Under the pieces are notes generated by a model that made no database searches, had not been told where the DNA came from, and worked only from the letters and a program-made list of their open reading frames with translations. This document shows, one piece after another, positions 37,270 through 49,674 of a DNA stretch of 64,000 bases. The stretch is taken from positions 6,029 through 70,028 of the forward strand of contig NZ_CAXTHV010000007.1 of the NCBI RefSeq assembly GCF_964244265.1, written 5' to 3'. Position numbers and translations under genes: made by a program. This DNA comes from an uncultured Sphingomonas sp. GTDB lineage: Bacteria; Pseudomonadota; Alphaproteobacteria; Sphingomonadales; Sphingomonadaceae. Each line of letters begins with the position of its first letter. Position 1 is the first letter of the stretch.

Positions 37270-37656
37270 ATGAGCGCGGTCCTCAACCTCCTCTATGTCG
37301 ATGACGATGCGGACATTCGCGTGATCGTCGAAATGGCGCTCGCGCTCGATCCCGCGATGGTCGTCCGGACCGCCCGATCCGGCAGCGCGGCGCTCGCTCT
37401 CGCCAGCGATCCGGCCTGGCGGCCCGACGTGCTGGTGCTCGATGTCATCATGCCCGAAATGGATGGGGTGGCGACGTTGCACGCGTTACGCCGGCTGCCC
37501 GGACTGGACAGGACCCCGGCCTTGTTCATGACCGCCAAGGGGCGCGCCGCCGACATCGCTTATTATCGCGAAGAAGGCGCGACCGGGGTCATCCTGAAGC
37601 CGTTCGACCCCGTCCATCTGGCGGCCGAAATCCGGACGCTGATCGCCCGCCCCTGA
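37270..37656 (+). CDS. Single-domain response regulator
   Basis: LYVDDD, LDVIMPEMDG, FMTA, LKPFDP. Confidence 0.9.
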   Translation: MSAVLNLLYVDDDADIRVIVEMALALDPAMVVRTARSGSAALALASDPAWRPDVLVLDVIMPEMDGVATLHALRRLPGLDRTPALFMTAKGRAADIAYYREEGATGVILKPFDPVHLAAEIRTLIARP

Positions 37657-37710
37657 AGCCGGCCCTGAAGCCGGCCCTGAAGCCGGCCCTGAAGCCGGCC
37701 CTGAAGCCGG
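37651..37710. repeat. Perfect tandem repeat (CCCTGAAGCCGG) x5
   Basis: Five exact 12-bp units. The first contains the response-regulator stop codon. Confidence 0.97.
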
Positions 37711-37850
37711 CACTGCCACCAAAATGAGACCTTAATCATCGACTCCCGTCCTTGCCGCAGTTTACTGATCGCCGGACATTGCCGTAACGTAGATGCGCGT
37801 ACGCAATCGAGCCGAACGGACGGTGCCGCCGGAAGATCCAGGGAGCCGCC

Positions 37851-39821
37851 ATGACGGATGAAGGAAGGTCCCGTTCCCCCAGGCGTTTTGGGGCAAAAGG
37901 CGCGGGTCGCCGACGCGCGACTGGGTTTGCCGGTGTCGATCGCAATGCGGGATCAGAATCCGGCGTGGCCGCGCGACTTTTCGGGCTTGGGCAGATGCTG
38001 GCGACGCGCGTCGAGACGCCATCGGTGGCAACGGCGGGCGAATTGCGGATCCTCCCGATCCACATCGATACGCCGATGGATCCGCGCCTGCAGCTGGCGA
38101 TCGCCAATCGACGCAGCGGCAAGCCGGGCCTGACCCTGGCCTCTACCGACGCGGACGAGGTTGCGGTCGTCGCGCGCGTCACCGCGCCGCAGGCATGGGA
38201 GGCCATTCCCGACCTGTTGCCGGGCAGCATGCTGGGGCAGGTCGCGGACGGATCCTGGATCGTCACGGGCCGCGTGCCGATCATCCGGGCCGAGGCGATC
38301 CGCAACGATCCTTGCGTGATCAGCATGAAGGCCGCGCAACCGGTGCGGCCGACCCTCGGCGCAACGATCGCCGCGATGCATGTGGCCGCCGCCGACCTGG
38401 ACGCGGGAACCGATGCGAAGGGCGGCAGGGACGTGATCGTGGGCATCGTCGATTTCGGATGCGACTATCTGCACGGCAATTTCCGCTCGGCGAGCGGGAA
38501 GACCCGGATCGAGAAGATCTGGGACCAGGCCGGTATCGCGAAGCCCGACAGCCCGTTCGGCTATGGCCGCGTCCATACCGCCGCCGATATCGACGCCGCG
38601 CTTGCCACCGACACTCCCTATGCGGCGCTCGGCTATTTTCCTGCGCCGGACAATGCGGCTCAGGTGGGGACGCACGGAACCCATGTCATGGACATTGCCG
38701 CCGGAAACGGTCTGGGCAGCGGGCAGGCGGGTGTCGCGCCCGAAGCGACGCTGATCTTCGTGGAGGCATCGACGAACGACATCAACTGGACCGGACCGGA
38801 TGCCGTGAACCAGTCCTTCGGCGATTCGGTTCACCTGCTTGAAGCGGTCCGGTACATTTTCGATCAGGCGGGCGAGCGGCCCTGCGTGGTCAACCTGAGC
38901 CTCGGCACCAATGGCGGTCCGCACGATGGCAGTTCGCTGGTCGAACAGGGCCTCGATGCGCTGGTCGGCGAAAAGCCCGGCCGGGCGGTCGTGATTGCCG
39001 CCGGCAATTCCCAGGCCGATGATATCCACACGAGCGGCACGGTCGAACCGGGTGCCGATCATGACATTGCCTGGCTCCAGAACAGTGAAGGCGGCGGCGA
39101 GTTCGAGCTCTGGTATCCCGGCGCCAGGTCGCTGCAGGTGACGCTGGTCGCGCCGGACGGCACCCAATTCGGTCCGCTCTCGCACAACGACAATCTCCCG
39201 ATCGGCGCCAACGGGCGGATTTCGATCTTCATCAGCAGCCGTCAGGACGATCCGAACAATCACGACAACATGATCGGCATCTACCTGGCCGAGCGCATGT
39301 CGACCGATCCATGGCTGGTGCGCCTGCGTTCGCTCGACGAGGCGGCGGTGGACTATCACGCCTGGATCGAGCGAATGGACGGCAGCCAGTCGGCTTTTGC
39401 CAATCCCGTCCCGACCCATAATCTGGGCTCGATCTCGACCGGGCATCAGAGCATCGTCGTCGGCTGCTATGACGCCCACAAGCCGAGCTTCCCGCTCTCG
39501 AGCTTCTCCAGCACCGGCCCGACGCGCGACGGCCGCGACAAGCCGGAGGTCTCGGCGCCCGGCCAGAATGTCGTCGCCGCCCGATCGCGCACCGGCAATG
39601 GCGTGACCCGCAAATCCGGGACGAGCATGGCCGCGCCGGCGGTGACGGGGCTGGTCGCGCTCATCTTGGCCGAAGCCGCGGGCAAGGGGCTCAGGATGAC
39701 CGTCACAGAGCTGAGAGAGCGGCTGATCAAGACGACGCTCGGCAATCCGCCGCCTTCGGCTCCGGCGGCATGGGACGCGCGTTACGGCTTCGGCCGCGCC
39801 GATGGCGGCGCGATCGCATGA
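37851..39821 (+). CDS. S8 subtilase (Csp-like, with inserted beta domain), no signal peptide
   Basis: Triad VGIVDFG / HGTHVMDIAAG / SGTSMAAP and oxyanion AAGN. About 130-aa insertion after AAGN. Alternative start ATG 38076. Confidence 0.9.
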   Translation: MTDEGRSRSPRRFGAKGAGRRRATGFAGVDRNAGSESGVAARLFGLGQMLATRVETPSVATAGELRILPIHIDTPMDPRLQLAIANRRSGKPGLTLASTDADEVAVVARVTAPQAWEAIPDLLPGSMLGQVADGSWIVTGRVPIIRAEAIRNDPCVISMKAAQPVRPTLGATIAAMHVAAADLDAGTDAKGGRDVIVGIVDFGCDYLHGNFRSASGKTRIEKIWDQAGIAKPDSPFGYGRVHTAADIDAALATDTPYAALGYFPAPDNAAQVGTHGTHVMDIAAGNGLGSGQAGVAPEATLIFVEASTNDINWTGPDAVNQSFGDSVHLLEAVRYIFDQAGERPCVVNLSLGTNGGPHDGSSLVEQGLDALVGEKPGRAVVIAAGNSQADDIHTSGTVEPGADHDIAWLQNSEGGGEFELWYPGARSLQVTLVAPDGTQFGPLSHNDNLPIGANGRISIFISSRQDDPNNHDNMIGIYLAERMSTDPWLVRLRSLDEAAVDYHAWIERMDGSQSAFANPVPTHNLGSISTGHQSIVVGCYDAHKPSFPLSSFSSTGPTRDGRDKPEVSAPGQNVVAARSRTGNGVTRKSGTSMAAPAVTGLVALILAEAAGKGLRMTVTELRERLIKTTLGNPPPSAPAAWDARYGFGRADGGAIA

Positions 39822-39903
39822 TCGACGCGACCCGCAACGCGGCGCTGCTTGCGCACATCCGGGGCGAACCTTATGTTGATCGCCGGATCACGGGTGCGCG
39901 ACG

Positions 39904-40161
39904 ATGCCGACCGATTTCAATTCGCTCAAGAAGATGGACGTTCCGGCCGCCGCCCTGGCCGGCTTCAAGGATGCGATCGATCGCCGCGGTGCGATCGTCC
40001 GGCTGCACGACGGCGTGGCGGCGCCGCTTTATGTCGACCTGTCCAGGACGGCGGGTAACATCTATACGACCAGGGTCAACGCCGACCAATGGTCGCGCCT
40101 CAAGTCCGACCCGACCGTCGCGGACGTCAGGCTGGCGCAAGTCGAGCGTCTCATCGAATAG
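39904..40161 (+). CDS. Small protein resembling a subtilase propeptide (I9-like)
   Basis: IYTTRV...LKSDPTVADVRLAQ aligns by eye with the upstream subtilase prodomain IVTGRV...IRNDPCVISMKAAQ. Normal codon usage. Confidence 0.65.
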   Translation: MPTDFNSLKKMDVPAAALAGFKDAIDRRGAIVRLHDGVAAPLYVDLSRTAGNIYTTRVNADQWSRLKSDPTVADVRLAQVERLIE

Positions 40162-40257
40162 CCGCCCTGCCCATGTCGGGCTGGAGTTCGGGCTCGAGCT
40201 TCGCCCGTTGTCGGCCAAGCGCGACGCGTGTTGCGGCGGCGCCTAGGTAGGGTGGCA

Positions 40258-42962
<2,705 letters not shown>

Positions 42963-42969
42963 TCGCCCG

Positions 42970-43380
42970 TCATTTGCGATAGGTGGTGAACGATCCCAGC
43001 GCGCAGCTGCCGGTCGGGAAATGGCCGGTCTGGTCCACCGTCCGGGCTATGTCGCCACGGCACAGCCGGCCGCTATTGGATATCGTGACCAGGACGTCGC
43101 CCCGCGCTACGCCCTCGCATCCGCCGGTGGTGGCATTGACGTATTTCAGCCGGTCGCTGACGCGATAGACCAGGCTGTCGCCATAGGCCTTCAGGCCCGA
43201 GGTCGCGCTCCGGTCCTGCAGGCAGTCGGACGTCGATACCGCTCTCAAGCCCGTCAGTTCGCCGGCCAGCGCCTGCTGGCTGGCGGCTGCCGCGGCTTGG
43301 GCGCGCGCCGTCTGGGCGGGGGTCTGGGCACAGCCGGCCAGGCCGGCGGTGGCGATCAGGGAAAGGGCCAGCATTCTCAT
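42970..43380 (-). CDS. Hypothetical lipoprotein
   Basis: Lipobox LAGC. Four further Cys (DCL, GGCEG, LCRGD, SCALG). Confidence 0.7.
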   Translation of the reverse strand: MRMLALSLIATAGLAGCAQTPAQTARAQAAAAASQQALAGELTGLRAVSTSDCLQDRSATSGLKAYGDSLVYRVSDRLKYVNATTGGCEGVARGDVLVTISNSGRLCRGDIARTVDQTGHFPTGSCALGSFTTYRK

Positions 43381-43419
43381 CATATGCTCCATCATCCACC
43401 CCCCTCCTTATATAACGCA

Positions 43420-44151
43420 TCAGCCTGGAAAAGCATCCTTCGCCGCGCGGCGTTCGGCGAATTGCGCGACGGAGACGGCGCGCATGAAGGGATTGGTCGC
43501 GCATTCCTCGCCGATCGTGGTCGGAATCGTCGGCAGACCGTTCATCCGCGCGAGTTCGACCTCGCTCAGCCGGTCGGCGATCGCCGCATTGCCGGGCTCG
43601 GTGCTCAGGGCATAGCGCGCGTTGGCCAATGTATATTCATGCGCGCAATAGACCATCGTCTCCGGCGGCAGCGCGGCGAGCCGCTGCAGATTGGCATGCA
43701 TCTGTCCGGCGCTGCCCTCGAACAGCCGTCCGCAGCCCATGGCGAACAGCGTGTCGCCGGGGAACAACAGCGCCCCGTCGGCGAAATGATAGGTGACATG
43801 CCCGGCGGTATGCGCCGGCGTTTCGAGCACCGTCGCGGCATGATCGCCCAGCATCACCGTATCGCCTTCGGCGACCAGGCGGTCGGCGGTGGGAATGCGG
43901 TCGGCCTCGGCGGCGGGCGCGGTGATCGTCGCTGCCGTCGCCTCCTTGATCGCGGCGTTCCCGCCGGTGTGATCGGGGTGCCAGTGGGTGTTCCAGATCT
44001 GCCCGATCCGCCAGCCGCGCGCCGCCGCCTCGGCCAGCACCGGATCGGCCTCGCCCGGGTCGACGACGACCGTATCGCCGCTGGCCGGATCGTGGACCAG
44101 CCAGATGTAATTATCGGTCAAGGCGGGGATGCGGATTATCTCGAGCGGCAT
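43420..44151 (-). CDS. gloB: Hydroxyacylglutathione hydrolase (glyoxalase II)
   Basis: DNYIW, NTHWHPDHTGG, GDTLFAMGCGRLFEG, YCAHEYT, TNPFMR. Confidence 0.94.
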   Translation of the reverse strand: MPLEIIRIPALTDNYIWLVHDPASGDTVVVDPGEADPVLAEAAARGWRIGQIWNTHWHPDHTGGNAAIKEATAATITAPAAEADRIPTADRLVAEGDTVMLGDHAATVLETPAHTAGHVTYHFADGALLFPGDTLFAMGCGRLFEGSAGQMHANLQRLAALPPETMVYCAHEYTLANARYALSTEPGNAAIADRLSEVELARMNGLPTIPTTIGEECATNPFMRAVSVAQFAERRAAKDAFPG

Positions 44152-44159
44152 GGGCGGCC

Positions 44160-44576
44160 TCACCATTCGCCGCTATTGGGCATCGATGCCCAGGGTTCGG
44201 CCGGCGCCAGCCTGCCGTCCTGGAGCAGCTCGATCGAGATGTTGTCGGGGGTGCGCACGAACGCCATGTGGCCATCGCGCGGCGGGCGGTTGATCACGTG
44301 GCCGGCGTCCATTATCCGCCGGCACGTCGCATAGATGTCGTCGACGCGATAGGCGAGATGACCGAAATTGCGCCCGCCGGCATAGTCCTGCGCATCCCAA
44401 TTGTGCGTCAGCTCGACCTCGGCGCGGCCTTCGTCGCCGGGCGCCGCCATGAAGATCAGCGTGAAGCGGCCCTGGTCGTTGTCGACGCGGCGCACTTCCT
44501 TCAGCCCGACCAGGCCGAGGAACGCGATCGTCGCCTCTGGATCGGTAACGCGGATCATCGTGTGGAGGTATCTCAT
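44160..44576 (-). CDS. gloA: Lactoylglutathione lyase (glyoxalase I)
   Basis: YLHTMIRV, VELTHNWD, NFGHLAY, INRPPRDG, IELLQ. Confidence 0.9.
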   Translation of the reverse strand: MRYLHTMIRVTDPEATIAFLGLVGLKEVRRVDNDQGRFTLIFMAAPGDEGRAEVELTHNWDAQDYAGGRNFGHLAYRVDDIYATCRRIMDAGHVINRPPRDGHMAFVRTPDNISIELLQDGRLAPAEPWASMPNSGEW

Positions 44577-45343
44577 GACGCTGGCTCCGGCATATCGGGG
44601 GCAAGATAGGAAGCGCCCGGCGGCGATGCCAGCGCCACCAAATCCTCGACCGCGCGGATCAGGAGCGCGATGTCGGCGTCGCGCGACAGGCGGTGGTCGC
44701 CGTCCTCGACCAGCAACGTCTGCACGTCGGCCGCGTCGAGCAGCCCGGCGACGTGCGCGCTGCGGACCCAGGGCACGTGGGGATCGGCCATGCCGTGGAT
44801 CAGGCGGACCGGCTGGCCGATCGCGATCCGCCCGAACGTCATCCGCGATGCTTCGCCCGAACTCCAGAAGGCACGGGTATAGACGGTGGGGTCGGGGCCG
44901 TAAGGCGACGCCCGTTCCAATTGCCCTTCGGTAAGCAGGCGCATCTTCTCGTCGGTGGTGAAGCCCCAGTCGGTAAAGTCGGGCGCGATCGCGATGCCGA
45001 CCAGGCCGGCGACGAGATCGGGATGGTCGCGCGCCAGCATCAGCATCAGCCAGCCGCCCATCGACGACCCGACCAGGATAGCGGGCCGCCCGAGCAGGCC
45101 CAGCATCGCCAGCGCATCGTCACGCCAGCCGGTCAGCGTCTGCTCCGCGAACACGCCCTCGCTCTGGCCGCAGCCGGCATAGTCGAACCGCAGGAAACCA
45201 TGGCCGGCGCCTCGTGCCCAGGCCTCCAGCGCCAGCGCCTTGGTCCCCGTCATGTCGGAGGCATAGCCGGGCAGGAACAGGAGCGGCGTCCCCGCTCCCT
45301 CGGTCAGGTGATAAGCGAGTGCGGGGCGCGGGGAGTGGGTCAT
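44573..45343 (-). CDS. Alpha/beta hydrolase
   Basis: PGYASDMTGTKA, VGSSMGGW nucleophile, HG..D, GDHRLSR. Confidence 0.88.
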   Translation of the reverse strand: MTHSPRPALAYHLTEGAGTPLLFLPGYASDMTGTKALALEAWARGAGHGFLRFDYAGCGQSEGVFAEQTLTGWRDDALAMLGLLGRPAILVGSSMGGWLMLMLARDHPDLVAGLVGIAIAPDFTDWGFTTDEKMRLLTEGQLERASPYGPDPTVYTRAFWSSGEASRMTFGRIAIGQPVRLIHGMADPHVPWVRSAHVAGLLDAADVQTLLVEDGDHRLSRDADIALLIRAVEDLVALASPPGASYLAPDMPEPAS

Positions 45344-45433
45344 GGCCGGTATCTACGATGCTCCTGTCGCCTGCAACAGACGCTCCGGACGCCGGGAGAA
45401 ATGCGCGGCCTGCCCCAGGACGATGGGTTCACG

Positions 45434-45937
45434 TCAGCTCCCCCTGGACGGGCCGGTGAAGATGTCTTCGACCGCGGGGGATCGCTGTTCCCGCCCGCCC
45501 GCCCCGGTCGCGGCGGCGCTCGCCAGGCGGTCGGCGCGTTCGTTGTCGGGGTGGCCGGCATGGCCCTTGACCCATTGCCACTCGATGCGGTGCGGCTCGG
45601 CCGCCGCGAGCAGCGCCTGCCACAGATCGGCGTTCTTGACCGGTTTCCGGTCGGCGGTGCGCCAGCCGTTGCGGCGCCAGCCATGGATCCACTTGGTGAG
45701 GCCATCCATCACGTAACGACTGTCGGTCGACAGCGTCACGCGGCACGGCCGCTTGAGCGCGTTCAGCCCCGCAATCGCGGCGGCCAGTTCCATGCGATTG
45801 TTGGTGGTAAGCTTCTCGCCCCCCGACATCTCCCGCTCCGTACCGCCCATTCGCAGCACCACGCCCCAGCCGCCCGGCCCCGGATTGCCCTTGCACGCGC
45901 CGTCGGTCGCTATCTCGACATGGTCAAGCTCGGTCAT
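45434..45937 (-). CDS. rnhA: Ribonuclease HI
   Basis: [50 protein letters not shown] 45937 overlaps the thrB stop. Confidence 0.96.
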   Translation of the reverse strand: MTELDHVEIATDGACKGNPGPGGWGVVLRMGGTEREMSGGEKLTTNNRMELAAAIAGLNALKRPCRVTLSTDSRYVMDGLTKWIHGWRRNGWRTADRKPVKNADLWQALLAAAEPHRIEWQWVKGHAGHPDNERADRLASAAATGAGGREQRSPAVEDIFTGPSRGS

Positions 45938-46890
45938 GCGAACAGATCGGCCCCCGTGCGCCGGTAGAATTCCAGCCGGCGGACATAGGCCATCGGGTCC
46001 TTGCGCGTCACCAGCGCATCGGCGGGGGTGTTGAGCCAATCCCAGGCACGCGTAAGCGCGAACCGGATCGAGGCGCCCATGCACAGCAACCGGAGCTGGC
46101 CGCGCTCGGCGTCGGACAGCCCGAAGCCGTTCCGATATCCGACCAGGAGCGCATCGCCGATGGCGCGGTCGAATGTCCGGCCGTCGGCATCGAACGACCA
46201 CGCGCTGTGCATCACCGCCAGGTCGTACAGCCTGAGGTCGGTGCAAGCGAAATAGAAATCGATCAGCCCGCTCACCTCGTCGCCGCGCATCAGCACGTTG
46301 TCGGGAAACAGATCGGCATGGATCGCGCAGCGGTCTCCATCGTCGTTCCAGAACGGCAGCGTGCCGTCCAGGCCGCGTGCCAGCGTGCGGCGCAGGCCGG
46401 GGTCGATGGCATCGAGTCCCGCGCCGCATCGCTCGAACAGTGGCAGCCAGGCATCCATGCCGAGCGTGTTGGGCCGTTCCAGCGGGAAATCGGCCAAAGC
46501 GGCGTGCATCCTGCCCATCGCGCGGCCGGCGGCTTCGGCCTGGACCGGGGTCGGATGCGACAGCGACAGGCCGGGCAGGAACCGGATGAGGCAGGCCGGG
46601 CGCCCCTCCAGCTGCTGGATCTCGACGCCCCTGCGATCCTTGATTGCCGGCGGGACCGGCAGGCCCCTGGCGGCGAGATGATCGAGCAGGGCCATGAAGA
46701 ACGGCAGGTCGGCGGCCGCGACGCGTTTTTCATACAGCGTCAGGATGAAGCGGCCGGTCGTCGTGTCGACCAGGTAATTCGAGTTCTCGACACCCTCGGC
46801 GATACCCTTGGCCGATACCAGGTCGCCGACGTCATAGCGCGCCAGGAAGGCCGTAAGCGCTTCGGCCGAGACATGCGTGTAGACGGCCAA
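45934..46890 (-). CDS. thrB: Homoserine kinase type II
   Basis: [39 protein letters not shown]. Confidence 0.94.
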   Translation of the reverse strand: MAVYTHVSAEALTAFLARYDVGDLVSAKGIAEGVENSNYLVDTTTGRFILTLYEKRVAAADLPFFMALLDHLAARGLPVPPAIKDRRGVEIQQLEGRPACLIRFLPGLSLSHPTPVQAEAAGRAMGRMHAALADFPLERPNTLGMDAWLPLFERCGAGLDAIDPGLRRTLARGLDGTLPFWNDDGDRCAIHADLFPDNVLMRGDEVSGLIDFYFACTDLRLYDLAVMHSAWSFDADGRTFDRAIGDALLVGYRNGFGLSDAERGQLRLLCMGASIRFALTRAWDWLNTPADALVTRKDPMAYVRRLEFYRRTGADLFA

Positions 46891-46905
46891 GCGCTATCTC
46901 GGCCC

Positions 46906-47862
46906 CTAAGCGGCCGCGTCCAGCTCGCGGGGCAGCTTGAAGGCGATCGTCTCGCGCGTCGTTTCCTCCTCGCGTTCGATGACTTCATAGCGCTCCGCCA
47001 GCCGCTCGACCAGTTCGCGGACCAGCATTTCGGGCGCCGACGCGCCCGCGGTGATGCCCAACGTGCCGATGCCGACCAGCCAGTCCAGATCGAGGTCGGC
47101 GGCGCGCTGGATCAGCAGCGCGGGAACGCCCTGGCGCTCGGCGACCTCGACCAGGCGCAGCGAATTGGACGAATTGGGCGCGCCGATCACCAGCAGCGCG
47201 TCGCACGAACTGGCAATCGCCTTGACCGCCGCCTGGCGGTTCGACGTGGCGTAGCAGATGTCCTCGCCGCGCGGCGCCTGGATTGCCGGAAAGCGCCGCC
47301 GGAGGGCGGCGACCACCGCGGCGGTGTCGTCGACCGACAAGGTGGTCTGGGTCAGGAACGACAGAGTGTCGGGATCGGCCGGCACCAGCGTCTCGGCGTC
47401 GGCGATCGTCTCGACCAGGGTCATCGATCCCGGCGGCACCTGGCCGAACGTGCCGACCACTTCGGGATGGCCGGCATGGCCGATGAAGACGATGTGCCGC
47501 CCGGCCGCGACCAGCCGCTCGGCCTGGCGATGGACCTTGCTGACCAGAGGACAGGTGGCGTCGAGATAGGACAGGCCGCGCGCCGCGGCCGCCGCCGGCA
47601 CCGACTTGGGAACGCCGTGGGCGGAAAACACCACCGGCAGGCCGTCGGGCACCTGGTCCAGCTCCTCGACGAACACCGCCCCCTTGGCCTTCAGCGTGTC
47701 GACCACGAATTTATTGTGGACGATCTCGTGCCGGACATAGACGGGCGCACCGTGCTTCTCGATCGCCAGCTCGACGATGCGGATCGCGCGGTCGACCCCC
47801 GCGCAGAAGCCGCGCGGCGCCGCGATCAGCAGTTCCAGCACCGGTTTCAGCTCGTCGGCCAT
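46906..47862 (-). CDS. ispH: 4-hydroxy-3-methylbut-2-enyl diphosphate reductase
   Basis: [45 protein letters not shown]. Confidence 0.96.
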   Translation of the reverse strand: MADELKPVLELLIAAPRGFCAGVDRAIRIVELAIEKHGAPVYVRHEIVHNKFVVDTLKAKGAVFVEELDQVPDGLPVVFSAHGVPKSVPAAAAARGLSYLDATCPLVSKVHRQAERLVAAGRHIVFIGHAGHPEVVGTFGQVPPGSMTLVETIADAETLVPADPDTLSFLTQTTLSVDDTAAVVAALRRRFPAIQAPRGEDICYATSNRQAAVKAIASSCDALLVIGAPNSSNSLRLVEVAERQGVPALLIQRAADLDLDWLVGIGTLGITAGASAPEMLVRELVERLAERYEVIEREEETTRETIAFKLPRELDAAA

Positions 47863-47976
47863 CGGCGGAAGCTCTACGCGATTGCTTGCGCGAGGCAAAG
47901 CCGGTTCCTATGGTATCGGCCGCGCAACCAGGGGCCCTGGCCGGAAGGCTGCGGCCCCTGCCCGTTTCGAAGAGGT

Positions 47977-48654
47977 ATGCCGGCCGTGTCAGTACGTTTA
48001 GCCGTGTCAGTACGTTTACTTGCCGCCCCGATCGCCGTCGCGCTGGTGCTGGGCGGGTGCGCCGGAAAGGGCGACCTGGACGTGTCGGAGGCCGGCGCCG
48101 GGGTCACCGCGGTGCGCACCGCCTGTCCGTCGGTGGCGATCCCCGCCGCGACCGGCGACGTCACGTTGTTCGACCCCGTGGCCAGTCGCGAGGCGACGGC
48201 GATCGACGTCGTCGCGGCGATGACCGAATTGCGTTCGACCTGTGGCGATGTCGGTGCCGACGTCGTCACCAACGTCACCTTCACCGTGCTCGCGCGCCGC
48301 AGCCGGGCGGAGGGTGCGCGCGACGTGACCCTGCCCTATTTCATCACCATGGTGCAGGGCGGGACCGCGGTCGTCGCCAAGCGCGTCGGCCGCGTCGTCG
48401 TCCATTTCGACGCGGGCCAGACGCGCGCCTCGGCCGGCGGCTCGGCCAGCACCTCGGTCACGCGCGACGCCGCGACGCTGTCCGACGACGTCAAGCGCCG
48501 CATTACCCAGCGGCGCAAGGCGGGCCGCGAGGAGGCCGCGATCGATCCGCTGAGCGCGCCCGACGTGCGCGCCGCGGTGCTGCGCGCGACGTTCGAGGCG
48601 CTGGTCGGCTTCCAGCTGAGCGACGAGCAGCTCAAGTACAACGCCACGCGATGA
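47977..48654 (+). CDS. Conserved hypothetical lipoprotein
   Basis: Lipobox LGGC, CP.VAIPAATGDVTLF, FEALVGFQL....LKYNATR. Confidence 0.75.
   Translation: MPAVSVRLAVSVRLLAAPIAVALVLGGCAGKGDLDVSEAGAGVTAVRTACPSVAIPAATGDVTLFDPVASREATAIDVVAAMTELRSTCGDVGADVVTNVTFTVLARRSRAEGARDVTLPYFITMVQGGTAVVAKRVGRVVVHFDAGQTRASAGGSASTSVTRDAATLSDDVKRRITQRRKAGREEAAIDPLSAPDVRAAVLRATFEALVGFQLSDEQLKYNATR
47983..48018. repeat. 18-bp tandem duplication GCCGTGTCAGTACGTTTA x2
   Basis: Two exact copies giving AVSVRL-AVSVRL in the signal region. Confidence 0.9.
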
Positions 48655-48664
48655 CCCTGATACG

Positions 48665-49318
48665 ATGATCCCCGTGCCGGCACTTGCCCTGCTGACGGGC
48701 AAGGTCCGGCCGTTCGCGCGCGGCGAGACGAGCGCGATCGACAAGCGGCCGGTCGCCGGCCGGGTGCATATCGGCCGGCTGGGGATCACGGCCGACCAGC
48801 AGGCCGATCACCGTCATCACGGCGGCCCCGACAAGGCGCTGCACCATTATCCGCACGACCATTATGCCCGCTGGCGGCGCGACCGTCCCGACCAGCCGCT
48901 GCTCGCCGGGCCGGGCGCGTTCGGCGAGAATCTGTCGACCGATGGTCTGGTCGAGACCGCGGTGTGCATCGGCGACCGCTTCCGGCTGGGCAGTGCATTG
49001 ATCGAGGTCAGCCAGGGCCGCCAGCCGTGCTGGAAGCAGGGCGAGCGGCTGGGCTGGCCGGCGCTGCCGGCGCTGATCGTGCGCGAGCGGCTGAGCGGCT
49101 GGTATTATCGCGTCGTCGAACCCGGCGAGGCCGCGGCCGGCGACGCGCTGACGCTGGTCGAGCGCGTCCATCCCGACTGGAGCGTGGCGCGCGTGTTCGG
49201 GCTGCTGGTGGCGGGCGACCATCGCCGCGATCCGACAGCGCTCGGCGTGCTGGCCGGTATGGCGGCGCTGTTTCCCGGCTGGCGCAAGCGGGCAGGTGAC
49301 CTGATGGCGAAAGGGTGA
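48665..49318 (+). CDS. MOSC domain protein (YiiM-like)
   Basis: SAIDK, DQQAD..HHGGPDKA, GAFGENL, SQGRQPCWK, GWYYRV. Confidence 0.9.
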   Translation: MIPVPALALLTGKVRPFARGETSAIDKRPVAGRVHIGRLGITADQQADHRHHGGPDKALHHYPHDHYARWRRDRPDQPLLAGPGAFGENLSTDGLVETAVCIGDRFRLGSALIEVSQGRQPCWKQGERLGWPALPALIVRERLSGWYYRVVEPGEAAAGDALTLVERVHPDWSVARVFGLLVAGDHRRDPTALGVLAGMAALFPGWRKRAGDLMAKG

Positions 49319-49382
49319 ACCGGGCGTCGTTCGCCGATTGACTCGCCTGCCGCGCCGCGCCACACCGGCGCCAGTCGCTGAC

Positions 49383-49605
49383 GACGCGGGAGAGTGCGGG
49401 TTCGACCCGCCGCCGAAGGAGCAACCGCCCCGGAATCTCTCAGGCAAACGGACCGCGTTTGTCGACAGCGACGCTCTGGAAAGAGTCCCCGTGCGGGCTC
49501 CCGTCAAAGTATCGCTTTGATGGGACCCAAAGCGGGGGCCGCCGAAGGGGTAACCCGGCGCGTTCGCGCACCGGCGAAAGCTCTCAGGTTTCCGTGACAG
49601 AGGGG
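49383..49605 (+). ncRNA. Tandem glycine riboswitch
   Basis: Aptamer 1 GGGAGAG...CCGAAGGAGCAA...CTCTCAGG. Aptamer 2 CTCTGGAAAG...CCGAAGGG...CTCTCAGGT...GACAGAG. Upstream of gcvT. Confidence 0.95.
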
Positions 49606-49674
49606 GCGGCGGACATCGGCCCGGTTCGGGGCGTTGTCGCGCCGTCATCTGTGTGCGGAAAGAAGGTGCCCGGG

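Noticed and set aside
37651-37710. CRISPR array
   Set aside because: Contiguous 12-bp units with no spacers and no cas genes.
39818-40246. ORF opened by the ATG overlapping the subtilase stop
   Set aside because: Translation becomes Arg/Ser/Pro-rich noise where it overlaps the better 39904..40161 frame. A frameshifted longer gene cannot be fully excluded.
46207-47976. First 590 aa of track ORF 46207..48654
   Set aside because: Antisense to thrB/ispH. Only the lipoprotein from ATG 47977 is credible.
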